The notes: generated by a model not told the origin, from the letters alone. Shown: positions 1-15,770, counted from the stretch's first letter. The stretch is DNA of 64,000 nt from Eledone cirrhosa (GCA_964016885.1 OZ024741.1:326802001-326866000); one strand, 5' to 3'. Translations and numbers: made by a program.

Positions 1-198
1 ATACACACATCCATACATATATATACACACACACACACACACACATACACACAGCCACATACATATATACCCACACGCACATACATACATACCTACACAC
101 ACATATGTGTGTGTCTCACCGTTCACTCAGATATTCATGTGTATACTTAAGAAGAGGGGGGTGGGTAGTGAAATGGAATTTTACCTCCGAGTGTTAAT

Positions 199-1595
199 TC
201 ATTTTTTCGTGTTCAGTAGTGGTTTAAATTTTTCAATGAAGAATTCTTCTTTATATCTGCGGAAATGTTCGTTATCCGACCATTTCTTGAAGAAAGGGAA
301 GATTGTGAATTTTCCCTTCCCGCATGATGCAAAGTGTGCGCTACATGTGGTATTTCTGACTGTGGGGTCTTAAATTTGTTGTTTATGTACCCGGACTCTA
401 TCATGTAATCCCGTTCCGGTTTCCCCAATGTAATACTCTTTACACTGTGGACATGTTGCGCAATATATTAGGTTTTTCGTTTTGCAGTTCATGTTAGCAT
501 TGACCTTGAAATTATCATGGTTTTTGAAGGACAACTGTTTGCCCTCTTCGATGAGTTCACAGATTCCACATCTAGGGTCCCCGCATTTCGTCACTTGCAT
601 TGATTCCATGTTGGTCGTAAATTTTGCCTTGGTAATTAGATTTTTAAGGTTGGGTGCTTGGCGTCTGCTATAAATTATCTGTGTGTTTTTTAAGAGTGCA
701 TTCATTTTGGTAGATTGCTGTAGAATCGGGAGATACTGCTTAGCAGTTTTCACAATGTTGATGTTCCCTGAGTTGTGAGTGAACAGGGTTTTCTTTTTTA
801 TGTTGTGGGTTTGGTTTTCTCAGTGTTGTTATTGGGATGTTCTTAGCCTTGGAGATGGCTGCGTTGATGAGTTTCATCGGGTATTCTTGTTTTTTAAGAA
901 ATTTTTTCAGGTCACATAATCTTTTTTCTTGTAGTACGGGGTGTGTTGCCATAGTGCAGATGCGCCTTGCCATGTTGAAGGGGATGTTCCTTTTCGTATG
1001 TGAGGGGTGTGCTGACCGGAAATTTAAGTATTGGTGTGTGTCAGTGGGTTTGCAAAATAGGTCCGTTATGATATTTTCCCCTTCTTTAATGATGAAGGAT
1101 ATATAGAAAGGGCAGTTCCTTTTCGTTACATTCCATAGTGAATTGTATAGCTTCATGAAGCCTGTTTAGGATCGAATAAAATTTTTGTAGATCTGTTTGG
1201 CTTCTGTTCCAGAAGATGAAGCAGTCATCTAGGTAACGTTTCCAGTTTTTATTAATGTAGAAGGCGAAGTCGTGACTGAATGTTATCTGTAGTTGGGAAT
1301 ATAATTTTGCCTCTAAGTGACCCACAACGAGCGTTGCATATGTAGGGGCCACTTTGGTACCCATGGCTGTTCCTTTTATTTGTAGATAAAGTTCGTTGTC
1401 AAAGAGGAAGTGGTTGTTTTCCAATACTAATTTTAAGTCTTTCGGTTTTGGTGCTTCGATGTATGATGTATTTTTCCCTTTTATGTTGTTTTGGATTTCT
1501 ATGGATTTGGGAATTTTTGGTAATCCATAGAAATTGCTGGTTTTCATTTCGAAGTTGGTTAGGTAATCTACTTCTTTTGGTGTTAGGTTGTTTTG
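199..1595 (-). mobile_element. Penelope-like retroelement (Neptune-like) remnant: RT, thumb, Zn-knuckle and GIY-YIG endonuclease, with frameshifts, a stop and an internal deletion
   Basis: Three overlapping minus ORFs give FYGLPKIPK, YLQIKGTAMGTKVAPTYA, WKRYLDDCFIFW, LFCKPTDTHQYLNFRSAHP, CGDPRCGIC and NLIYCATCPQCKEYYIGETG..RVRVH. The endonuclease frame continues past TAA 370-372 to KEEFFIEKFKPLLN (stop at about 199). Confidence 0.92.
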
Positions 1596-1596
1596 G

Positions 1597-1627
<31 letters not shown>

Positions 1628-1722
1628 GCCTCTCTCTATATATGTATATATATATATATGTATGTGTGTATCTGTGTGTGTGTATGCATGTATGTGTGAA
1701 CGGAGGTATATATACTGACATA

Positions 1723-1762
<40 letters not shown>

Positions 1763-1846
1763 CGTGCGTGTATGTGTATATATGTATATTTAGTTATGTA
1801 TCTTTATGTGTGTATATGTATGTATGTGTATGTATGTATGTGTATG

Positions 1847-1901
<55 letters not shown>

Positions 1902-1956
1902 ATATATGTGTATATATGTGTATATGTGTGTATATGTATATGTATGTGTATATATG

Positions 1957-1994
<38 letters not shown>

Positions 1995-2180
1995 CATGTG
2001 GAGGTATGAGTACATATTCGTGTGTGTACGTATGTGTATGTGTGTTTTTATATGTCTCTACATGTTTTTGTGTATGTATGTGGATGTATTTGTACATGGG
2101 TGTGTGATTGATGGTGTGTTCCTATATATTCCTACATATGCTCGTGTGTGTATGTACGTATATACGCACATATGTGTGTG
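1596..2180. repeat. Compound (TG)n/(TA)n microsatellite
   Basis: Directly visible dinucleotide runs. Confidence 0.95.
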
Positions 2181-2800
2181 TTGAACAAAGGACTAATTTT
2201 GGGATGGACGTAGAAAAATTTTCAGAAAAAAAGAAAAATAATTATTTACAAACTTAGCTGGTGCGATTTGCCTGTGACCATTCTCAACGCAAAAGGAATA
2301 CTAAAAGCTTTTTTTCCCTGAATAAAGGAATTTTTCGAGAATGACCGGGGCAGGCCGCACTTGCTTCATTTCTCCCCACCCAACCCTACTCACCGTCTCA
2401 ACTCATTACTGCTATTAACACTTTTTCAACACACCTACACGCATACACTTATTAAAGGGGGAGAAAAGAAACCCCCACCACACCACAGACATGCTAAATC
2501 CCTATATATAGAACAACACACCACATACACATCAGTTTGACAAGCGCGCCTCAGCGTGAAAGATCGTTCTAAAAACGAAACAATACCCCCTACGTTAACC
2601 AAGAACTCCTAAGACCTAACCAACAACCAACAACTTAATTTATAAAATAATTTTTTCTAAGAAAATAATTATTTCTAATCCGGAAAAAAATTATTTTTGG
2701 ATTTTGTGAAGAAAATAAATTTGTTGAAAGCACAAGTGAAGCCATTTTTTCGTCCCCCCTGTCTCAATATACCTAACTGTACCAAGGATTACACACATTT

Positions 2801-2841
<41 letters not shown>

Positions 2842-3035
2842 GATAAATCTACCAAGAGTTTACGGTAGTGTCCAATACGTATGAAGAACTCAATGTATTC
2901 CGGATATCATGGAAAGAAGAGATGTAATGAAAAATCACTTTCGGTGAAAGATAAACGGTATACAGAGTCAAGATAAAATATTAAACAAATAATGAATAAA
3001 ACAATGAAACAGTTCCTTATATTAAACAAAAAAAG

Positions 3036-3189
3036 TTCATTATTTAACGATCGTTTCTAGGATATATATGTGTTAGAATTGGCATGCATATTCAACAGAT
3101 CTATGTACAAAATTATACAAAATTATACAAACTATCAAGATTAAATATACATACCAACACATATATACGCCGTCTTCAGAAATAATGAA
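3036..3189 (-). ncRNA. Type I hammerhead ribozyme-like motif with about 115-nt helix II (left IR arm)
   Basis: Reverse complement of 9912-10065. Confidence 0.55.
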
Positions 3190-3810
3190 ATATATTTATT
3201 GATAATAACAACAATTCAAAATTTCAGGTCCGTTTGGGAACAAAATTGACCAATGAAAATACAAAAGGTTTCATGCAGTTCGGTGTGTGTATATACATGT
3301 AACTACCCTTACACATATTTTACAAAAATGTATGCTCAACATGTATACGCATACCAAAAGGATGGATGCAAATACAAAATTTCAAGGTTAATGTCTCTGT
3401 AAGTTTATAATGCACAGATAAGATGCGTATAGACACATAAATATGAAATAAGTGTATACACATATTCTCATACTCACACATATCCGTACAATCACACACA
3501 CGCGCGCGTATATGCATAAACATACACATAATTACGAACATACAAACACACACACACCCCCACTCACATATATATATGTGGATATAATATCATAAGCACA
3601 TGGATATTAATTCACTCACATAAACACTGTCACACACATTTAGATCAAGATACAGAAATTAGGTGGGAGGGGGGGAGAGGTCAGTATTCAACGGTTTGGG
3701 CAGACTGCTTATTATAGATGTATCTATAAACTAAGAAAATAAAAAATAAAAATTAAAAAGGAAAGAAAAGAAAAAGAAAAAAGAAAAAAAGAAAAAAGAA
3801 ATATATCAAG

Positions 3811-3925
<115 letters not shown>

Positions 3926-4022
3926 ACATACATACATATACACACATCCACACTTAGAACATACATACACACACATATATAAACATATACATATACACAC
4001 ATACACACATATACATACATAC

Positions 4023-4089
<67 letters not shown>

Positions 4090-4366
4090 TACACATATAA
4101 TCACACATACTATATAGACACACATATATATACACACATACACGCACATATAAATACACATACATACTTATATACATACAGATATACACATACATACCTA
4201 TATATAGACGCAAATACATACAGATATACATACATACATACACACAAATACTTACGCATCCATATATCGGTATATACATACAAACACCACTACACTCTCA
4301 CACAACTCAGACATACAAAGAAAAAGGTATATACCTATATACATATACATATACAAATAGAGATAC

Positions 4367-4429
<63 letters not shown>

Positions 4430-4617
4430 CACATATACACACACATACATACATACACATACATACATGTACACACACATACATATACATACATACACAC
4501 ATACATACATATATAGTCATACACACACATACACCTACACGAACATACACATACACATATATAAATATATATATACACACACACACACATACATACACAC
4601 ACATATATATAAAATAA

Positions 4618-4658
<41 letters not shown>

Positions 4659-4989
4659 CATATACATACACACATACATAGACATATATGTACATACATA
4701 CACATACATACATACATACACACACATATATACATATATATACACACATAGACACATACATACATACACACACAACATACATACACACATATATATACTC
4801 ATACATAGAATTAGATATATATTCATACATACATACGCACTTACATATACTCATATATACAAATACATACGCATCCATATATGCGTATATACATACAAAC
4901 ACCACTATACCCTCACACAACTCAGACATACAAAGAAAAAGGCATATACATATACATATATACACGCATTAATAGAGATATATATACAC

Positions 4990-5020
<31 letters not shown>

Positions 5021-5240
5021 CATTTATATATATACACCCACACACACATACAACCATAAACACACATACAAAACATACAAACACACACATACACATATAT
5101 ATACACATACATATATATATACACACACACAAAAAACAGACATACATATATATATTTTTTTACACATATATATACACATATATATACATATACACACCCT
5201 CACATATACACACATACACATAAGTTATATTATAATAATA

Positions 5241-5289
<49 letters not shown>

Positions 5290-5528
5290 CGAATATAGAC
5301 ATATATACACACATAGATATATATATATATACATATACACACACACACACACTCACATATATATGTGCGCACACGTACATATATACACATACACACATAT
5401 ACACGTAAACACATACATGTGCATACATGCACACACACACATATACCCACATAGATACGAAGATAGACATATAAATAGAGAGACATACATATATATACAC
5501 ACACATATATACATACATACATACACAC

Positions 5529-5573
<45 letters not shown>

Positions 5574-6269
5574 CACACATACACGCCCACACACATATAC
5601 ACATATACACATATATATACATACACACATACACATACACATATATATAGACATGCATATATACACACATATATATATACATACACACATATATATACAC
5701 ACAATCTTACATTCTTATTTGCATGCGCATATATGTATTTTTATATTCAGATATAAATACCCAAACATATATACACCTACCTACATATATATTCATACAT
5801 ACACGCTTACAAACACAGATGATAATAGTATGGGGGAAAGGGGGGGGGGTTGGAGAAGGGGATTATAGTAAATATATGTTTCAAGAAACATAGAATATTA
5901 TCTGTATCTGGATCCAATGTATGTTTTTACATAGTTTCAGTGTTAGGAAATACAAGAAATAAGGCAAAATTTATGCATTTCAAAATAAATAAGTATACCA
6001 TTAATTATATGTTAACTAAACTAAAGATAGTTAACATATTGATTTCTAAGGTGTAAATTAGTTAGGTTTATAATATTTGAAGCAGAATTTTGAAGTTAAA
6101 TAGTAGTAGAGTATTAATTATAGTATAACTAAATTAAAGTTAAATAATAGAAATAGTATATAGTATAACTAAATTAAAGTTAAATAATAGAAATGAATGT
6201 AGATTATGTTCCCAAGAACTATTTGAAATAATGAAATCTAAGGATATCCTATTAAATAAACGACAGGAA

Positions 6270-6725
6270 TTAATTATATCGTGTAATCATAAACTAAAAA
6301 AAACATTTAAATATTATAAACCTAATTAATAACATTATTTTAGAAATTAATTTAATTTAAATGTTAGTTAACCTATAAATTTAATTTAATTAAAATTCTA
6401 TTACAGATGAGAATATAAAATATTGTGTAATCATAAATTGTGAAAAACCTTTAAATATTACTAATATATACTTAGTAATTTAATTTATAGATTAATTTTA
6501 ATTTATTTAAACTTTTTATTAAAATTCCTTTACAGATAAAATATAACAAAATATCGTGTATCCAATGACAGAGAAATAATTTTTAGTATTATAGACCTAA
6601 TTAATATACATTTTAGAAATATATTTATAATTTGGTTTTAAATTTAGTCAACCTAAAAAATTAATTTAATTGGCTTAAAATTAGTATCCTTATACAGACG
6701 GATTGCAGAATATCATGTAATCATA
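6270..6725. repeat. Degenerate AT-rich tandem repeat, period about 130-160 bp
   Basis: Recurring tatcgtgtaatcat-like anchors at about 6277, 6421, 6552 and 6711, with shared cctaattaat and ttacaga motifs. Confidence 0.5.
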
Positions 6726-6813
6726 GAATGGGATGTGTTTTGGATATATACCTAGTTAATATATTCTTTGCAATTTTTGAAAAAATATGTATATGTATGT
6801 ATGTATATGTATG

Positions 6814-6868
<55 letters not shown>

Positions 6869-7702
6869 GTATATATATATGTGTATGTATATGTATATGT
6901 ATATGTATTAATTTTGATTTCTATTTGCATATAATTATATTCTGCTATTGATAAAATACAATATCTGTTTTATTTATTATATACCTAATTAACATATACT
7001 ATAGAAATTAATATATAATTTTTAATTTAGTTAACCTATAATTTATATTCTACTACCGATGTAATACTTTATTTGTTTTTTCCCTATTACTAAATTCATT
7101 TCCTAATATTGATACCATAACGTTATTAACTTTAATTTAGTTATACTATAATTAATACTCTACTACTATTTAACTTCAAAATTCTGCTTCAAATATTATA
7201 AACCTAAATAATTTACACCTTAGAAATCAATATGTTAACTATCTTTAGTTTAGTTAACATATAATTAATGGTATACTTATTTATTTTGAAATGCATAAAT
7301 TTTGCCTTATTTCTTGTATTTCCTAACACTGAAACTATGTAAAAACATACATTGGATCCAGATACAGATAATATTCTATGTTTCTTGAAACATATATTTA
7401 CTATAATCCCCTTCTCCAACCCCCCCCCTTTCCCCCATACTATTATCATCTGTGTTTGTAAGCGTGTATGTATGAATATATATGTAGGTAGGTGTATATA
7501 TGTTTGGGTATTTATATCTGAATATAAAAATACATATATGCGCATGCAAATAAGAATGTAAGATTGTGTGTATATATATGTGTGTATGTATATATATATA
7601 TGTGTGTATATATGCATGTCTATATATATGTGTATGTGTATGTGTGTATGTATATATATGTGTATATGTGTGTATATGTGTGTGGGCGTGTATGTGTGTA
7701 TG

Positions 7703-7735
<33 letters not shown>

Positions 7736-7884
7736 GTGTGTATGTATGTATGTATATATGTGTGTGTATATGTGTGTATGTGTATATATGTACGTGTGCG
7801 CACATATATATGTGAGTGTGTGTGTGTGTGTGTGTATATGTATATATATATATATATCTATGTGTGTATATATGTCTATATTCG

Positions 7885-7925
<41 letters not shown>

Positions 7926-8145
7926 TATTATTATAATATAACTTATGTGTATGTGTGTATATGTGAGGGTGTGTATATGTATATATATGTGTATATATAT
8001 GTGTAAAAAAATATATATATGTATGTCTGTTTTTTGTGTGTGTGTATATATATATGTATGTGTATATATATGTGTATGTGTGTGTTTGTATGTTTTGTAT
8101 GTGTGTTTATGGTTGTATGTGTGTGTGGGTGTATATATATAAATG

Positions 8146-8176
<31 letters not shown>

Positions 8177-8505
8177 GTGTATATATATCTCTATTAATGC
8201 GTGTATATATGTATATGTATATGCCTTTTTCTTTGTATGTCTGAGTTGTGTGAGGGTGTAGTGGTGTTTGTATGTATATACGCATATATGGATGCGTATG
8301 TATGTGTATATATGAGTATATGTAAGTGCGTATGTATGTATGAATATATATCTAATTCTATGTATGAGTATATATGTGTGTATGTATGTTGTGTGTGTAT
8401 GTATGTATGTGTCTATGTGTGTATATATATGTATATATGTGTGTGTATGTATGTATGTATGTGTATGTATGTACATATATGTCTATGTATGTGTGTATGT
8501 ATATG

Positions 8506-8550
<45 letters not shown>

Positions 8551-8742
8551 TTATTTTATATATATGTGTGTGTATGTATGTGTGTGTGTGTGTATATATA
8601 TCTTTATATATGTGTATGTGTATGTTCGTGTAGGTGTATGTGTGTGTATGACTATATATGTATGTATGTATGTGTGTATGTATGTATATGTATGTGTGTG
8701 TACATGTATGTATGTGTATGTATGTATGTGTGTGTATATGTG

Positions 8743-8803
<61 letters not shown>

Positions 8804-9080
8804 GTATCTCTATTTGTATATGTATATGTATATAGGTATATACCTTTTTCTTTGTATGTCTGAGTTGTGTGAGAGTGTAGTGGTGTTTTTATGTATATAC
8901 CGATATATGGATGCGTAAGTATTTGTGTGTATGTATGTATGTATATCTGTATGTATTTGCGTCTATATATAGGTATGTATGTGTATATCTGTATGTATAT
9001 AAGTATGTATGTGTATGTATATGTGCGTGTATGTGTGTATATATATGTGTGTCTATATAGTATGTGTGATTATATGTGTA

Positions 9081-9143
<63 letters not shown>

Positions 9144-9243
9144 GTATGTATGTATATGTGTGTATGTGTGTATATGTATATGTTTATATATGTGTGTGTA
9201 TGTATGTTCTAAGTGTGGATGTGTGTATATGTATGTATGTGTT

Positions 9244-9302
<59 letters not shown>

Positions 9303-9911
9303 TTTCTTGATATATTTCTTTTTTCTTTTTCTTTTCTTTCCTTTTTAATTTTTAATTTTTATTTTCTTAGTTTATAGATACATCTATAATAAGCAGTCTG
9401 CCCAAACCGTTGAATACTGACCTCTCCCCCCCTCCCACCTAATTTCTGTATCTTGATCTAAATGTGTGTGACAGTGTTTATGTGAGTGAATTAATATCCA
9501 TGTGCTTATGATATTATATCCACATATATATATGTGAGTGGGGGTGTGTGTGTGTTTGTATGTTCGTAATTATGTGTATGTTTATGCATATACGCGCGCG
9601 TGTGTGTGATTGTACGGATATGTGTGAGTATGAGAATATGTGTATACACTTATTTCATATTTATGTGTCTATACGCATCTTATCTGTGCATTATAAACTT
9701 ACAGAGACATTAACCTTGAAATTTTGTATTTGCATCCATCCTTTTGGTATGCGTATACATGTTGAGCATACATTTTTGTAAAATATGTGTAAGGGTAGTT
9801 ACATGTATATACACACACCGAACTGCATAAAACCTTTTGTATTTTCATTGGTCAATTTTGTTCCCAAACGGACCTGAAATTTTGAATTGTTGTTATTATC
9901 AATAAATATAT

Positions 9912-10065
9912 TTCATTATTTCTGAAGACGGCGTATATATGTGTTGGTATGTATATTTAATCTTGATAGTTTGTATAATTTTGTATAATTTTGTACATAG
10001 ATCTGTTGAATATGCATGCCAATTCTAACACATATATATCCTAGAAACGATCGTTAAATAATGAA
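9912..10065 (+). ncRNA. Type I hammerhead ribozyme-like motif with about 115-nt helix II (right IR arm)
   Basis: ttcattattt-CTGAAGA-[..tatatatgtgtt...aacacatatata..]-GAAA-CGATCG-TT-aaataatgaa: 10-bp helix I and palindromic helix III. The base of helix II is imperfect. Confidence 0.55.
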
Positions 10066-10539
10066 CTTTTTTTGTTTAATATAAGGAACTGTTTCATTGT
10101 TTTATTCATTATTTGTTTAATATTTTATATATATATATATATATATATGCACATAAATATACGTGCATACCTATATATACAAATACAACACATAGTGGGT
10201 TGTAACGTTCGCCGTTAATCGTAGATTAAATAGGAAGAAAAGGAAGAGGAGATAGATATTCATTAGCTTAGGGTTGGGTAGTACAAATGTTGAGTAGAAT
10301 TTAAAATAGAGTTAATTGTTTATTTGCCATTGTGAATAACTATTGTTCAAATTAGTTAACATTCGGTGGAGGAGCAAGGCTTAATATTATTATTTAATTA
10401 GAATATCAGGGTTAGAAGTTATTTAAGAAGTGGTAAGAACTATAGATTAAAACTAGTAAAGCTTTTGTTATATTGTATTATCATTAAGTTGAGAATTATG
10501 TGGTTCCGGTTCTGTGAGGTAAACAAATTTAATATTTAA

Positions 10540-10649
<110 letters not shown>

Positions 10650-10669
10650 TATATATCTACCGGTCAAGG

Positions 10670-10779
10670 TCACTGGAAGAAAGAGCAACGTGAAATGAAA
10701 TTTCTTGCCGAAGGTCATATCGTATTGCTTTGTCCAGGAATCGAATTCCTAAACTCACAATTCTCTAAGCATTAAACCA

Positions 10780-10780
<1 letters not shown>
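10670..10780 (-). mobile_element. Old tRNA-derived CORE-type SINE fragment
   Basis: Reverse complement carries a B-box-like ttcgattcc and tttcatttcacgttgct, shared with the copy at 13385. Confidence 0.45.
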
Positions 10781-10838
<58 letters not shown>

Positions 10839-10864
10839 ATATACATATATATATATATAATCTG

Positions 10865-10987
<123 letters not shown>

Positions 10988-11009
10988 ATATATACATATT
11001 ATATATATA

Positions 11010-11752
11010 TACTACCAGGTTTACCCGGCGTTGCCCGGGGTTTGAAATTATGCTAAGAATATACAGCTAGGAAGTAAAAGAAGAAAATTATTTGTCCCCA
11101 ACCTGTCAAAATAAACAGTAGTCTTCAATAATTAATGCAAACGAATATTTAGTGCAATCTTTGTACACAAATCTATACTGATAATGAAGGAAACTTTTGT
11201 TTTAACTGATTTCTTCATTGTAATAATAGTTTTTTTTAGTAAATTCACAATATCCTGGAAGCATAGATAATGTCTGCCTCAAATGTGGACGAAATTACTT
11301 TAAAAATGTAAAAGTTGTAGGTCCCAACGATTTGAATGGAAAGTCCCATAAGGATTGTTTTTAGATTGATTTCTCCTTTACAGCATACACTTTAGAAAAA
11401 ATAATCTTTTGTATTACCTTGAAGGCATAGGCAATGCCTGCCTCATATTTGGTAAAAAAAAGCCCGAAAAATGTGAAAGTAATTACAGCTTTTAATTTCC
11501 ATGGAAAATCCCATAAGGATTTTGTCTTCATTGTTATCTCCCTTATATCATGCACTTTAGTAAAAATAATTTTGCTATCGATTTTTTATTGCTCAATGTG
11601 GGTTGATTTGAAATTTGTGTGATGTGACCATCTTAGCGACAGGTGCAACGTGCACAGAAAATGTGGTCAAATTCGGTTGGGAATTGTAAAAGCCTTCGCT
11701 GTCCAAAGTTGTCCACAGATACACACACATCCTCGATTTTATATATATAGAT
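11010..11752 (+). mobile_element. Non-autonomous Helitron/Helentron-associated (HINE/DINE-1-like) element
   Basis: Starts tactaccaggtttaCCCGGCgttGCCCGGG (subterminal hairpin), has a caaattcggttg motif and a short CA repeat, and ends ttttatatatatagat. This matches typical HINE termini. Confidence 0.7.
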
Positions 11753-11954
11753 ATATCATATGGAACTAAAACCAATATGTTGTAATATTTCTATATGTGA
11801 TTTTAAGTAACTACATTAAACACATTGCACACACACATACACAATATGTGTATATGTTTCTGTGTATGGGAATATGCGTGCGTATGTGTGTGTGAGAGTG
11901 GTTCTATATGTATATTTATATAATGATGCATCCATATATAATATAATATAATAT

Positions 11955-12253
11955 AATTGTTTCTACTTTAGGCACAAGGCCAGCAATAACCCAGTGCATT
12001 ACTGGTACTTTATTTTATCAACCCCGTAAGGATGAAAGGCAAAGTCAACCTCGGCGGGATTTGATAATTGTTTCTACTTTTGGCACAAGGCCATCAATTA
12101 CCCAGTACATTACTGGTACTTTATTTTATCAACCCCGTAAGGATGAAAGGCAAAGTTAACCTCGACGGGATTTGAACTCAGACCGTAAAGAGACGTAACT
12201 ATGCTGGAAAGCATGGCGTCCGACCCTCTACCAATACTGCCAATCCACCGCCC
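11955..12253 (-). mobile_element. tRNA-derived MetaSINE, full copy plus tandem duplicate of its 3' half
   Basis: A-box tggcagtattggtag, B-box gagttcaaatccc and Meta core tttgcctttcatccttacggggttgataaaataaagtaccag. The 3' about 110 bp is duplicated (11955-12063, 12066-12175). Confidence 0.88.
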
Positions 12254-13384
12254 TTAATATAATGTTACATTATATTATAGTACATAGCGTTTACATATGT
12301 TTTACTGTGTGTGTGTAAAAGTAAATAACGCGGAAGCAGCTCCGTTTACAAGGAACCGTTTATGGCATGCTCAGCAAAAGTGCAATGAAATTAACCTCCG
12401 GAGAATAACAGCTTGCATGGCATTACGAATTTAAAATATTTGTGTGCGCTAGAATCTTCTTGTAGGTTAATTCTCCAAGCTAAGAAGAGAGGAAAAAATA
12501 TATATTCCTTGTATCTCCAATGATTCTTGTTAAACGGCAGATTGGAATTAACTTCGGGAAATCCTAAAATGTCAATACAATGGTAATCTATCTAGACTAG
12601 TTATTTTAAGCGCTTCTAGTCACGTAAGAATATTTAGGCTAGAAATACTTTGATCTGACTCTCAGAAATCTGGAATCTACTAAGCCCCAGTTCGATCTGG
12701 ATGAGTTTGGTGTTGCTCTTTATCCTAATATGGTATTCCTGCACCCAACATTGGTGAATAGTGAAGACGTTTGCATCGCAAGAATTCGTTCTTAGGTTCG
12801 ATTCCTCTGCTTTGCAACTTCAGTAAATATTATTCTGCATAGCCTTTGATAGACATAAGCCTTTCAATTGAAATGAGGTTGACGGATATTGGTGGGATGG
12901 CGTTGGATAGACGGTCCCTATAGTTTACAGCGTCAGCGTTGTGATACACTGTATCATAGGGAATCTTCATGAAAGTTACGTTAAGGTTACACGTATATTC
13001 AGAATGCTCAAACAAATAGCACGTTAATTTCACGAAGAGGCTGTTCTGTTGATCCGATAATTGGAACATTCATCCTCGAAACCGATGCATGTCCATTCTA
13101 TTCAAATATTAGGCGTGATCGAGTATTTCTATGATCAAATCAATACTGCCAGGACCATCCAATTTAGTAATAACGATATCCAATATGTCCTATTTAGACA
13201 TGATCTGATGTGGCGTGTGTTCATATTTCATGTAGATCAAGATACGACGCAAAGATATCCTTATCAGTTCAATGTTTGAGCTATTATAGTATGCATTCCG
13301 CAAGTTTTGGGGCTGCAGACGAATAAAAATGATAACATCATGTTTCCTGTAGTATCTGGTACGATTCTATATCTATCATATAGA

Positions 13385-13560
13385 GTGAAGGCACATGGAG
13401 CAGGGATTAGGCTGTACGGATTCCGGTCGCATGGTCGGGCGATCGATTCCCGGGTACGGCGCGTATTGTTCTTGAACAAGTCACTTTATTTCACGTTGCT
13501 TCAAATCCACTTGCCGATAAAATAAGCCATGTCTATGATTCAGAGGACCACATTATCACA
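13385..13560 (+). mobile_element. Old tRNA-derived CORE-type SINE
   Basis: tRNA-like head (gatcgattccc) followed by CORE-like ttgttcttgaacaagtcactttatttcacgttgc. Confidence 0.55.
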
Positions 13561-14250
13561 AACTTTGCCATGTTGAATATCTCTGAGATCTACAATAAAA
13601 ATACACGTGGATAGGTAATTTAAAGAATACTTTTTTCCGTTGTTCATAAAACTGGAAAAAGAGTCGTTAAACACACACACACACACATAATTAAAACATG
13701 TCAGCCGCTACGGATAAACCCCCTAAGAACTTTGGTTATACTGTTGGTGGTGGTGGTGATGCTAGGTTTAGTGGTGTTATTGGTAGGAGTAGTAATTGTT
13801 TTTTTGTTTTGTTTACGAATTTAAGATTCATTTTCCAAATCTTAACTACGATCGATTGCGCTGTATAGGGTATATAATAAATAACAGAAATTAATTGATG
13901 TAAAAGTAGAACTGGGTTTCTATAGGACAGAGCTGCAACATCGCGCAAACCATTCAATTTATAGTGGTACTTACATCAGTCAAGATTCTAGAGTTTAAAA
14001 TAGATTCAGAATTACAATTTTACTGTAATCACAGGACACCACATATGTATTATCAATCTAAAAGACACAAGTTTTAACATATCAGAAGTGGAAAGAGCAT
14101 CGTTGATCTTTATATATAGAAACAGACATAAACACGTGGGCACGAATGTGTGCTTACACTGATATAGAAGCACATACGCAAATACCCACATACATGCAAA
14201 GAACGCACACACACACACACACACATACACACGCAAACACACACATATGA

Positions 14251-14296
<46 letters not shown>

Positions 14297-14486
14297 TACA
14301 TACACACACAGACACACACACACGCATACATATAAATATAAGTATATCTTGGTATATTTATACAACTTCTTGCATTAGGTCGCACACGTAAATGTATTCG
14401 ACAACATAAGCTTTCACTTTTTCTAGTTGATAGCCAAATCTCTCTTTCTCTCTCTCTTTCTCTCTCTCTTTCTCCCCTCTCTTTCT

Positions 14487-14533
<47 letters not shown>

Positions 14534-14555
14534 CCAATAGGGATTATGCACACCT

Positions 14556-14600
<45 letters not shown>

Positions 14601-15244
14601 TAAAACAACACGAGTCTGGACTGGTGTAATTCCTTAAAAATTTATTATACTATGAACGTTCAGTATGAATCCGGTGACATCATCAGGTATTTCGAAATTT
14701 AACAAAAGAAAATAATAGACACAATCCAGAGTGATGCCCAAGACGAGAAGACGGCCAAAAAATTACCAGTTGTCAGTCCGAGTGGCCGTCATCAAGTGAG
14801 GGAACTATCAAGTCGTTCTGGTAAAGGTCCGTAAGTTTATAGTGCACTAATACCACTCTCTCATGGAACGGTGAGATCAGATTACATAGAATTAGTCAGA
14901 AGTGCTAAGAAGTGCTAAGAAATATTTTTTGGAAAAATATATATCCTTAACAAAAATATATATAGTGGGCGCCTGTACAGTAGATTTTTATTGTATGGGT
15001 CAGAAATTACGATTAAAGATTAGAAATGTAAAATTTATGTTTAGAAATAAAAGATATAATTTAAGATAAGATTATAAAAGTAAGATTTAGGTTTAAAGTT
15101 GGAAGATTTAGTTACAGAATTTACAGAAGGAAGCATTTATGAAAAGGTTAAATGTATTATTGATAGTCATAATAAAGTTTGAGGGTAGAATATAAAGTTA
15201 AGATTAAGATTAAAAAGTAAGATTAAGCCCAGGTTTAAGAGTAA

Positions 15245-15770
15245 CGTTTGGCGGTCAATAACTAGCGACGTGACGGAATCCAGCCCACCCAGGGCCCAAT
15301 GGCATGTCAACCGTTCCGAGTATTTTCATCTACCGAAAGAAAGGGAAATTTATTTTTCCAAGCACTCCAGGAAGTTTTACTGTCTCAAGCGCCGGGGTGT
15401 TAGCGGGAATCCCGCCACCGCCAGCTGATCATTGCGTATACCAAAATATTATTAATTATTGACAGTAGTGGAGGATTTAGTTAAAGAGCTAGTGGAAGGA
15501 GGCATGATACATTTTTAGGGTAGAATTTTAAAGTTATTATTAAGCTTAGAATTTAAGAGTACTGTTTGGCGGTCAATAACCGGTGGCGCGGGGGATTCCA
15601 AGCCCGCACAAGGCCCAAGGGCGTAACACCCGTTCCAAGTATTTTCGTTTACAGAAAGAAGGGGAAATTTATTTTTCCACTCTAGGAAGGTTTATCGACT
15701 CGAGCGCTGGGCGTGTAAGCGAGAAGGGCGCCACATCCATCGGATCATCGCGTGTACCAAACGATTATTA
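15245..15770. repeat. Diverged about 320-bp tandem duplication
   Basis: gtttggcggtcaataac, ccgttcc(g/a)agtattttc and gggaaatttatttttcca each occur twice about 320 bp apart. Confidence 0.8.

Noticed and set aside
2255-2365. Imperfect hairpin in 2180-2790
   Set aside because: Pairing is weak, the region looks noisy, and no family is recognisable
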